DNA of 64,000 bases from the human T2T-CHM13v2.0 reference genome, Homo sapiens, in NCBI RefSeq assembly GCF_009914755.1, contig NC_060947.1. One strand, given 5' to 3'. Shown here one piece after another: positions 1-12,013 of the stretch. The notes beneath the pieces were generated by a model. It saw only the letters and a list, made by a program, of their open reading frames with translations, was not told the DNA's origin and did no database searches. Position 1 is the stretch's first letter. Each line of letters begins with the position of its first letter. Position numbers and translations under genes: made by a program.

Positions 1-1883
1 TCAATGTACAAAAATCAGTAGCATTTCTATACACAAACAGCATCCAAGCTGAGAGCCAAATAAAAAATGCAGTCACACTCACAAAAGCCACAAGAAGATT
101 AAAATACCTCAGAAAACAGCTAACCAGGGGTTGAAAGATCTCTACAATGAGAATTACAAAACATTGCTGAAAGAAATCAGAGATGACACAAATGGAAAAA
201 TATTCCATGCTCATGTACTGAAAGAATCAACATCATTAAAATGGCTATACTGCTCAAAGCAATTTACACATTGAATGCTATTCCTATCAAACTGCCAATG
301 GCATTCTTCACAGAATTAGAAAAAATTATTTTAAAATTTGTGTGGAACCAAAAAGGAGCCCAAATAGCCAAAAATAACCAAAGCAATCATAAGGTGGGGG
401 GAAGCTGGAAGGATCACATTTCCCATCTTCAAACAATACTAAAAGGCTACAGTAAACAAAAAAGCATGGTACTGTACAAAAACAGACACACAGACTAATA
501 GAACAGAACAGAGAGCCAGAAATAAAGCTATGCACCTACAACTGACGGATCTTTGACAAAGTCGACCAAAACAAGCAACGGGGAAAGGACTTCCTATTAA
601 ATAAATGGTGCTGGGATAACCAGCCAGCCATATATAAAAGATTGAAAGTGGACTGTTTCCTTATACCATTTACAAAAGTCATCTCAAGTTAGATTAAAAA
701 AGTAAATATAAAACCTAAAAATATAAAAAGAAACACTGGAAGATAATCTGGGAAATACCATTCTGGACATAGGCCTTTGCGAAGGTTTTATAATGATATC
801 TCCAAAAGCCACTGCAACCAAAACAAAAATTGACAAATGAGATCTAATTAAACTAAAGATTTTCTGCACAGCTAAAGAAACTATCAACAGAGTAAACAGA
901 CAACCCACAGAATGGGAGAAATATTTGCAAACTGTGCATCTGACAAAGGCCTAATATACAGAAACTCTAAGGAACTTAAATTGATAAGCAAAAAGCAAAC
1001 AACTTTAAAAAAGTGGACAGAGGACATTAACAAACACTTTTCAAAAGAAGACATATGCATGGCCAACAAGCGTATGAAAAAATGCTCAACATCACTATTC
1101 ATTAGAGAAATGCAAATTAAAGCCACAATGAGAAACCATCTCATACCAGTCAGAATGGATATTATTAAAAAGTCAAACAATTATAGATGCTCGCAAGGTT
1201 GTGGAAAAATGATCACTTATACACTACTGGTGGTAATATAAATTAGTTTAACCATTGTAGAAAGCATTTTGGTGATTTTTCAAGGAACTTAAAATAGAAC
1301 TACCATTTATCCCAGCAATCCTATTAAATCCCATTATTGGGTACATACCCAGAGGAATATAAATAATTCTACCATAACAACATATGCACGTGTATGTTTA
1401 TCACAGCACTATTCACGATAGCAAAGGTGTAGAATCAACCTAGATGCCCATGAGTGGTGGACCGGATAAAGGAAATGTGGTACATATACACCATGGAATA
1501 CTATGCAGCCATACAAAAGAACACAATTATGTACATTGCAGCAACATGGATGCAGCTGGAGGTCATTCTCCTAAGCAAACTAACATAGGAGCAGAAACCG
1601 AGTATCACATGTTCTCACTTGTAAAAGGGAGCTAAACATTAGGTACACATGGACACACAGAAGGGAACAACAGATACTGGGGGCTCCTTGAGGATGGAGG
1701 ATCAAAAAAGTACCTATTGGGCACTATGTTTATTACATGGGCAATAAAATAATCTGTTCACCAAACCCCCATAACATGAAATTTACTTATATACAAACCT
1801 GCACGTATGCCCCTGAATCTAAAATAAATGTAGAAAGAAAGCAAAATAGTGAAAATAAAAAGAAAAACAAATAAATAAATAAA
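1..1883 (+). mobile_element. LINE-1 3' portion (decayed ORF2 C-terminus, 3'UTR, A-rich tail), L1PA15-17/L1PB-like; runs off the window start
   Basis: ORF fragments 241..498 ([28 protein letters not shown]) and 912..1241 ([13 protein letters not shown]...HFSKEDI) match L1 ORF2; 3'UTR ends caaacctgcacgtatgcccctgaatctaaaataaa, followed by an A-rich tail. Confidence 0.95.
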
Positions 1884-1904
1884 CTTACAAATAAAGGCAG
1901 ATCT

Positions 1905-2398
1905 TTAGAATAAATTACCAGCAACAACACAATAATTGGTTATGGGCAAGTAGAGTTGATTCCAGGAATTTTAAGCTTTTTAAAATCAGGTAAGATATCA
2001 ACATAATCCATTAATTACATTAGTATATTTAAGATAAAAATGAGAAACCAATCGATTATGCTTAGAAGTCATTAATAATAAATCCCCAAGTAAACTGTTA
2101 ATAGAAGGAAATCATTTAAATATAATGTGGGCTATTAAAGAAAAAATTATTTAAAATAAAAATTAAAGTATTTAAAAATTCTTACAAATGCATTAAGAAA
2201 AAATAAAATAGAAGATTTGAACATTAATATTTAATGGACTATATGTATACTTGTACATATATGTGTATATATATGCATATGTGTATTCCCTTGCATTTAA
2301 CATTTGGAGGGCATACCTTTTATTTTTAAGAACACATGGAACAATCATAAGAATTGAATACATATTAAATCATAAAGAAGCTGGCAAAAATTTTAGAG
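1905..2398 (+). mobile_element. Very old L1M ORF2 remnants (host of the next insertion)
   Basis: Degenerate L1 ORF2 phrases gagttgattccaggaat and gaacacatggaacaatcataagaattga...cataaagaa; appears to continue at 4640. Confidence 0.55.
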
Positions 2399-4640
2399 TG
2401 TAGGGATGTGGAGAATAAAAGGCTCCACAGATCATCCCCCCATTCAAGGACACTCATTTAACAACTGTCTACACAGAAAAATCACCTTCATAAAAATCAA
2501 AAATCAGGTGAGCACTCATAGTGTCTGGTTTTAACTTCATATCACTGAAAGAGGCACTGAAGAGACAAAACAAAAGAAACAAACAAAGAAACAGTCCTGA
2601 ATTGCTGGCACCATCCCTCCCCCACCACCCAGTAGAAGCAGCATGACGCAGAGAGCATCTCTGGTCACTGGGGGAGGGAGAGCACAGCAATCGTGAGGCA
2701 TTGAACTTAGAGCTGCTGTGTTAGAGCAGAAAGGAAAACCGGACCAAACTCAGTTGATGACTGCCCATGGAGTGACCATTTAAACCAGCTGTAGTCACAG
2801 GGGATTTGCTGATCCCAGTAACTGAAACTTGAATTCCTGCAAACCTCATCACCACAGGCTACAGTGCTCTGGATCTCTTAGTAAAATTGAAAGGCAGGCT
2901 TGGCCACAATGACTGCAACTCTTAGGCAAGTCCTAGTGCTGAACTAGGCCGAGAGACGGTGGACTGTGGTGGGGCACAGGACCTACTGAGACACAAGCTA
3001 GGATGACTCTGGGGTTACTGGTATTATCCCTCCCCTAAATCAGGCTGCAAAGCTCATGACTCCAAGAGACCCCTTTTTTTCTGCTTGAGAGGAGAGGGAA
3101 GAGTGGGGAGAACATTGTCTTGCATCTTGCAAGGATAAAGCAGGATAAAGTATTGGTTAGAGTTGTGAGGTCCCCATTCCAGGCCCTAGCACCAGATGAC
3201 ATTTGTAGACATACCCTTGGCCAGAATAAAACAAAAAACAAAACTGCTGCCTTGAAGGAAAGGATCCAGTAATGGCAGCATTAATCACCTGCTAAGTCAA
3301 GAGCCCTTGGGCCCTGAATAATCAGCAGTGATATCCACACACTTCACTGAAGGTCTTGGGTGAACCTCTTATATATGTTGGCTTCAGGTGAGACTCAGCA
3401 CATTACCAGCTGTGGTGGCTATGGAGTAAAATGCCTTCTGCTTGACAAAAGAAGAGGGAAAAGTAAAGAGGACTTTGTTTTCTACCTCAGGTACCAGCAT
3501 GACTACATGGGGCTAAAAGTACCATGTGGGGATCTTGGGGGTCCCCGATTTTAGAACTTGACTCTTGGACAGCATTTTTGGACATATCCTGGGCCAGAGG
3601 GGAGCCCACTGCCTTGAAGGATGAGTACCAGGCCAGGCAGCATTCACCAAAAGCTGATTTAAGAGCTCTATGGCCCTTCAGGAAAAATTGGCTGGTAAAC
3701 TGGTAGTACCAGCCTGGGGTGGCGGTGGCTACAAGGTGAGGCTTTGCTGCCTTTGGAAAGGAAAGGGAAGAGTGGAAAGAACTGTGTCTTGTGGTTTGAG
3801 TGCCAGCACAGCCATAGCACAATATAACACCATGTAGACTTCTAAGGATTTTGACTCTAGTCCCTGAATCCTGATGGCACCTCTGGACCCACCTGGGGCC
3901 TGGGGGAACTCGCTGCCCTGAAGGGAAGGACAGAGGCTTGGCTGATTTTGCTACTTGCTGATTGTAGACCCCCAGGGCCCTGAGCAAACAAGGGCACTTT
4001 CCAGGGAGTGGTTACAAAAGGCCTTGGGTGAGACCAAGTGCTGTGATGGCTTTGGGTCTGACCCCAGTGCAGCCATAGTGGTCATGGCCACAGGTGAGCT
4101 TGTGTCACTCCACCCTCAGCTTTAGATGGCTCAAAACAGAGAGAAAGACTCTATTTGTTGGGGGGAAAGTAAGGGAGGAGAACAAGAATCTCTGCCTAGT
4201 AATCCAGAGAATTCTCCCGGAACTTGTCCAAGACAATCAAGGCAGTATCTCTATGAGTCTCTAAGAACCACAGCATTACTGGGCTTGGGGTGCCTCCTAA
4301 AGCACACACAACTTAGATCACAACACCAAAGCCCTTTAGAATATTTGGAAAGCCTTCCTAAGAAGGATGGGTACAAATGAGGCCAAACAGTGAAGACTAC
4401 AATAAATAAGACATACTATTTGATAGTCAATAATAATTTAATTGTACAATTTAAAATAACTAAAAGAGTGTAATTTGATTGCTTGTAATACAAAAAATAA
4501 ATGCTTGAGGGGATGAATATCCCATCTTCCATCATGTGATTATTTCACATTGCATGCCTGGATCAAAACATTTCATGTGCTCCATAAATATATATACCTA
4601 CTATGTACTCACAGAAATTAAAAATTTAAAAATTTTTAAA
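2399..4640 (+). mobile_element. L1M1/L1MA1-2-like element with internal deletion: about 2 kb 5'UTR fused to about 230 bp of 3' terminus
   Basis: 2400-4409 is colinear with the 5'UTR of the copy at 53270-55172; 4410-4635 resembles the L1MA1/2 3' end (tgcttgaggggatg...cctactatgtactcacagaaattaaaaa); degraded TSD aaaaattttagag / aaaaattcagaa. Confidence 0.85.
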
Positions 4641-5160
<520 letters not shown>

Positions 5161-7143
5161 GCCAAAATGCCTTTTTCCAGTCTCTTAAGCTGTAATATTC
5201 AAGGTCTTCATGTTTATTCCTGCCTCCACACCTTTGCTAGTGCTAATTACTGCCACCCCCGAAAAGATCATTTTTTTAGTTCAAATTTTCTGAAGTTCAC
5301 CTGCAGTTTCACTTTGTTTGTGAAGACTTAGCATCCACTTGTTTGCTAATTATTTCTCATATTAATTTTGGATCCCAAACTGGTTGGTAAGGTTTTTGAG
5401 GGGACAGGGATCTTGCTTTATTTATATACTTTGCATTTTCCAAAGCACAATGTTAGGCATCACCCATTCCCATCTCTGTGCCTACTATTTGGGTTCAAAA
5501 AAGGCTTTTGAATGACTTATGAAATTATGTAATACCTTGCAATGAACTATTCCAGTATTGTTTAGGACATTGTATCATGGAACAATATTGCTACATAGTC
5601 TGCTGGCTTTAATATCTTGCTTCATTCCTCTTCAAAACAAGATTTATGATGTAGAAAACTATTTGTGATTTAAATTCAAGGTTTTAATTTGAAAATAACA
5701 TCTGTATTTTTTTGCTAAGTATACTATTAGCAACTTGAGCTTTTTGTGGGGGTATGAGGTGTAAAATTGTGCTTAACATGAAGTGACAAAAAAAAAAAAC
5801 TCGCATCAGAATAAGCAAAATGAAGTCTTTAATCAGTTAACATTTTACACATTTTATAATTTCATTTGGTATCCTAATAATAGGCCAATACACTCAACAG
5901 GTGGAAGTGCTTGAGGGCCATTGGGCATTGAATTTTCCTAAAGTAGCGCAATTAAAGAAACACCTGTGTTAAATAACCAAGTGCTAATTTACTATGAAAA
6001 TATGCGAAGTGTTTAACAGTGCTCCAAAATTGTGATTTGCTTTTGATCGAATTTGTGGATTTACAATGAGTAAATGACAGTTTATTGTCAGGCAAACGAT
6101 TACACTTTATAAATTAGTTAAAACTATTCATATCCTCATTAAATACATATGGAAACAGAGATGTATGCAGAGTGAGGTCTCTTCAAAGAAGCTCTGTTTG
6201 CTCTCTCATAAGGTAAATAAAAAAGAGAGCAAACAAAAGTTTGCCCTCTCTTGTCCATCTCATTAGAGGTTTTGGTTTTAATTTTTAAGACTGGATTTTG
6301 TAACTCTACCTAAAAAGTTGCACGAAATGGCTAAAACTTCTTCTAGAGAGATAATAATGTATCTTTTATGTGGATAAAACAAAAAACTAGGAATGCAATC
6401 ACAGTAGTCAGTAACGTATAATACACACTTAGAGGAAGGACGGAGGAATCAATAGTTTCTAGAAGAGAAAAGACAAAATGGATGAGGAAAGAAAAAATAT
6501 TTTCATGCTCTTCAAAGGACATTACAAAACTGCAAACAAAAACTGAAATAATGTGGTGGTAGACTCTGACTATTGGAAGTAATGTTGATTCATCATAATA
6601 TTGAACTGTCTAAAGTAAGAGATAGACAAAAGTAGATTTTAACATCTTTTGGACAAAGACACAGCTGTTTTTATAAGTAAAAATGCCACAATGGATTAAG
6701 GGAGCCTGAAAAAATCTGCAAAATAATGTATTTTGGACTCTACCCTAAGAATTTCTCTGTATTTTGGCCTATAATTATTCTCAGAAACACATTTTGCCTT
6801 TCTTATATATGAACTCAACCAACGAAATAGAACTCTAATGCACTTTTAAGAGGATAAACACAAACAGTAAACAAATCATTAAATAAGTTACTGAAATATT
6901 AGATCCCTCTTGTCCCCCAGCAGTGTTTTTCTCCCTTAGTCTACCTTCAGTTGTAGGGCAAGGAAAACAAAAGACCCACTTTGGTTTTAGCTGAACTGTA
7001 AAATATACAGGATTAATTTTCCACCGAGCCAGTGTATATTTTGTCTGTGCTATAAGAGAGGAGAAAACTTGATCAATAAAGTATATATAGGTTTGGAAAC
7101 ACTTTTTGCATGTAAGATATCTCCCAAAATACACAGTGTTTTA

Positions 7144-7188
7144 TACACACACACACGCACACACACACATACACGTGCATGTGCACAC
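7144..7188. repeat. Imperfect (CA)n microsatellite
   Basis: acacacacacacgcacacacacacatacacgtgcatgtgcacac. Confidence 0.85.
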
Positions 7189-7494
7189 ATTCTTTGGGTA
7201 GATGACTTTTACATCCATTGTTTAGACAAGAAAGGTAGCAAGGTTGGAAAAGCCTGGTAACAATAAAAATGCTAGGAAGATGAAGATTAAGTACCACCAG
7301 TTTTGCAAAAGGTAACTTGTACCATTTATATCCTGAGGAAGTGATTTTGTATGAGAGAGTTGGAAGGGAATATTGTGAAGACACAGCAAGTACGGAGTTA
7401 TGATAGGGTATAATGTTCCAGAAGGGCCTGTGGAGAGTGGGGATGAGGTGAGGAGTCAGGAGGGTAGGAGAGTATATCAGTGATACTGATTCCA

Positions 7495-7932
7495 CGGTGA
7501 TGTTCTATAACAATCTCAAAACCTCATTAGCATACAACAAGTGTTTATTGCTCACGTACCTAAGACAGTTTTCTAGGGGATGTATTGATCTTGGTTGGGT
7601 TCTCTCACATGTCTGGGATTTGGCTGGCTTTTCAGTCATCTAAGGTGACTTGGACTGGTATGACTAGGGCAACTTGTGGCATGTGTGTTCTACACATCTC
7701 TCATCATTCTGCAGGTTATCCCAGGTATGTTCTTATGGCAATGGAAGAGAAAAAAAAGAGAGAAGACATGCCCAATCATCCAACCATTTTCAAGACTCTT
7801 TTCATTTCTTTTGCAAGCATCCCAAAGGACGTCATGTGGTGAAACCAAGAGTCAGAGTATAATACCCTGAAAAATAATATGGCAAAAGGGCATAGATAAA
7901 AGGAGAGATAAGACTATTTTTGTAACCTACCA
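7495..7932 (-). mobile_element. Old MaLR LTR (MLT1H-J-like)
   Basis: ctataacaatctcaaaacctc...tttattgctcac...ctctcatcattctgcagg...catgtggtgaaaccaagagtca...aacctaccata pattern. Confidence 0.65.
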
Positions 7933-8067
7933 TAAGGTTCCTGGGGAGAAGAGACAACTCTATCCTCAACTTTGTAGCCCAAAGGTAAAACAAAAACAAT
8001 CTAACATCTATAGTGATAAAACTTCAACAGGCTTAGAGATTTTGTTCCTTTTTCATTTTTTTTTTTC

Positions 8068-8418
8068 TCATCAAATTGTGCTAGATTATGCTGCAGTAAC
8101 TGCAAAACCTCAAAATCTTAGCTGCAGGTAGGGTCATGCCCAGAGTAGTAACCTAGGGATCTGTGCTAATGGGAGCTGTGTCTCAAGCCCTGCTTAAACT
8201 GCTGCTGAAGATGCAGGAAATACGAAAAAGGCAAAGTGAACACCAGTTATTAAGTTTTTATCTATGAAGTAACACATGTCCTTTCTGCTCATATTTTGTT
8301 GGTCAAAGTAAGTCACGTAGCCTCAACAAAACACAAAGGGGTAAGGATGTACAATCAAGTCCTACCATGTAGCAGAAGGAAGAGAAACAGTATTTGTGAA
8401 CGATCCTAAAGACTGTAG
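8068..8418 (-). mobile_element. Old MaLR LTR (MLT1J/K-like)
   Basis: gctagattatgctgcagtaac...ttctgctcatattttgttggtcaaagtaagtcacgtagcc. Confidence 0.7.
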
Positions 8419-8691
8419 AGTTTTGCACTGGGGAGTAGTTCTTAAAGAGACCATCAGTATATCCCCACCTAAGAAAGAAGCAAACAGCACTTCAGTTGAA
8501 TTATTTTGTTTATAAGCAACTTTGAGGAATAGTATTTATTTTTATAGTGAGAAATGCCTAACATATTGAGAAATATCTGGAAAAAAATTATCAAGTTCAT
8601 TATTATAATTGCCTTTTTGAAAGAATAGGTAGGTCAGCCAACCCACAGTGGAAATACTTAAACAATTTTCAGAGGCAAGACTATTAAAAGC

Positions 8692-9923
8692 AAAGTTCTA
8701 ATTAGCTAATTTGGCACCAAACAACTTCCTTTTGGCCTATAAAATTTTCAAACATTATTTGATTGAGTTCAGAATACCTGGGATTAAAATTGATATTTCT
8801 AGTTCAATGTCCTCATATAACAAACACTATGCTGTGATCTTGTGAAGAACAAAAAATAATATAGGCACACTGAGAAACTGGAGAAAAAAATAATCTGAAA
8901 GCCAGATTTCTATATTAGGAAGTCTTTCAAATTATTGGCTGAAGTAGTTATTGTTATTTTAAACAGGCTGCTGTTGCCATCAAATCTAATGCTCTACTTC
9001 TTATTCTCCCCATAAAAATAATATTTTGTGAAGTTTTTTTTTCTGAAAAACAAGGCAAAATAAAGTATTACATTTTGAAAGTATCTGCATGATAAACAGA
9101 AAAGTGAAACCAAAGGAATATGTGCTCCCCTTCTTACATTATTATAACTGTAGAATCTGTGATTAGCTGGAGACTATCATGGGGTGTACTGTGTGTACAT
9201 GTTTGTGTTTCTTAAAAGAAGGTGATGCCCTGCAGCTCACAGATAACACAAATAGCATATGATGCAGTAGTTGCTAAGGGCAACCACATGTATTTTCTGT
9301 CATTTCTTTATCCCTAAATGGCTGAACTTAATGATGTTCCCAATACCAAAAAATCTGTGGATCTGTCCTTAGAAGTTTGACAGGATACAGTCTATAATGA
9401 TTATTGGTTGTGTGTGTATTGGGGAGGGGGTGTGAGGCATTTCAAATGAGTGGACCTAAAATTCACTGCTTTATGCTGAGAAAAAAAGTATGTACACTAT
9501 ATTAAAATCTGACTCAATATCAAATAGACCCAAAACATGAATAAATATTGAATAATCCAAGAAGATTGATTTAGCATGTGATATTGCTACCTTTTATGTT
9601 CAAATTTCCATAATGTGGTTGGGCCAATAGTAGAAAATGAATTTTATGCATTCTTTTGAAAAATTCTAAAGATCAAAAAATTATTCTGGTTGATGATAAC
9701 CAGAGAAATACTCGGCAACAAATATCATCAGCTGAGGGAATAACGTATTTGTATCCACTTTTGTTTGAATTTAATAGAAAGCTATATAATGGAATTCAAC
9801 AGCAATCTCTTCTAAAATAGAAAAGGAGATTAAGAGAAAAACATATAACTCATATTTGCAAGGAAGAATCTGTTTCATAGGAAACAGCATATATAGTAAA
9901 GTTCTAATTAGCTAATTTGGCAC
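8692..9923 (+). repeat. Exact 26-bp direct repeat AAAGTTCTAATTAGCTAATTTGGCAC at 8692-8717 and 9898-9923
   Basis: Read directly; flanks unrelated; contains the 12-bp palindrome AATTAGCTAATT. Confidence 0.95.
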
Positions 9924-10080
9924 ATTTGATCACATTAAGACTAAGCACAAATGCTTACTAAATGTGAATATTCAATTCCACCCACCAAGATTTTCAAGTT
10001 TTTGTGTTGTCCTTTGTTTTGGAAATGATGTTGCTATTGTTGCTTTCCTCAACTTCTGCCACAGGGGTCCATAATAAAAA

Positions 10081-11501
10081 GTGAATGGGTTCAAAGAGAA
10101 ACAATGGCTAAAGGGTCTCCTGTCACTTAGGCAGAATTATTATTGTCTCTGCAGCTATTGCCCTTCACAGTTCTAACACAGCACCAAATCCTTGGTAATA
10201 CAAGGGCTTGAATGAAGAATAGAAAATGTGTCCACAGAGTTAGTTTTTACTTGCATTGAATCTATAGTTGACTATTTACATTCAAAAATATATCTTTATT
10301 TCTACAAAAAAAGTGTTACTAGAAAAATGTGGAGCTTCAATATTCAAACCTAAGTATGTTTCCAGGTCTCAGAATATTGTAATAAAAAGTTAGTGTCTAA
10401 GCACATTTTTTCTAGTCAACCATAAAGTTATAAATGACCCTTGTAGGCCTTAGGATATATTGATTCTCGTGTTGCATTAATAATTTGCTAATTGACACAC
10501 TAGTGTGCATTTAGTTATAAAAGGGTAGGTGTGTGCGTCAATATGTGTGTGTGTGTGTATGTGCGTGAAATTGCTGAGTTAGATCTGAGCACAGGAGAGC
10601 AGCTTTCTTCCCATGTTTGGTCTGCCCTGAACATGAAAATTTCTGGCATTACTGCTAAGGATCATGAAAGCGAGAAAGGGAATGAATCAGCCCTTTATGT
10701 AAAATGGTCTTTCAATGTGTGGAAAGTGATGTCAACTCAGGGAATGTTGTTTTATGAGAAACAAAAGAAAAGTAGAAATAAAGGATGAGAATAGAAAGAC
10801 AAAATTTCTTGATTATTTTAAGCTTCTGTTTTGAAAAATTTATCATTTTCCAAATTCTTAGCCAGTTCTTACCAATCAGTAGCCACTATTAGCCAAAGCG
10901 TAACTTCTGAGATAGATAGAATGTAATCCATCAAAAGCAATGAATCCAAAAACACATGAGCACGAGCGTACATGAGTGTGTGTGAGATATGTGTCAGTTT
11001 CCAGATAAACACTTATCAGTGCCCTACAATCCATACAGATGAAAATAGAAGTTTGAATGGTAGAAATTACCATACCCTGGTGGTGCTACCTTGGGAAGCT
11101 TGCTGCAGGAGGTAAATAAATCTCCAGTAGAATTTTGAAGCAAGGGAAAAGTTTGATTTGGCAGAGAAGTAGAGGCTGAAGAGGTTATAATGGTAGGAGA
11201 ATAGCATATTCTGCACACTGCAGAAAGGGGATAGTTATGCTTGGCAATAGCACAGCGGACTAAGCAGAGTGCAGTGGGAGAGGATGGTGAAAGGGTTCAA
11301 AAAATACAATGTCTAAAAGGCCTCCTGTCACTTTGGCAAAATTATTATTGCCTCTGCAGCCGTCATGTCTTCTGGTGGCAAAGGAACCCTTGTAGGACAA
11401 AAAAGTTTCTAAAATGCACTGATTCTTGGAGGCCATTAGTATATATTGATTCTTGTGTTGCATCAGTAACTTGCTAAGTGACACACCAGTGCGTATTTAG
11501 T
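10081..11501 (+). repeat. Local duplication of a two-module unit: A 10081-10155 / 11287-11360; B 10435-10515 / 11420-11501
   Basis: Manual alignment gives about 85% identity in each module; spacers differ in length (about 280 vs 60 nt) and barely align. Confidence 0.9.
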
Positions 11502-11528
11502 GAACTGCAGCAATGCTTTGCCAAATGA

Positions 11529-12013
<485 letters not shown>

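Noticed and set aside
241-1635. L1 ORF2 fragments as functional CDS
   Set aside because: Multiple frameshifts and stops; dead retrotransposon.
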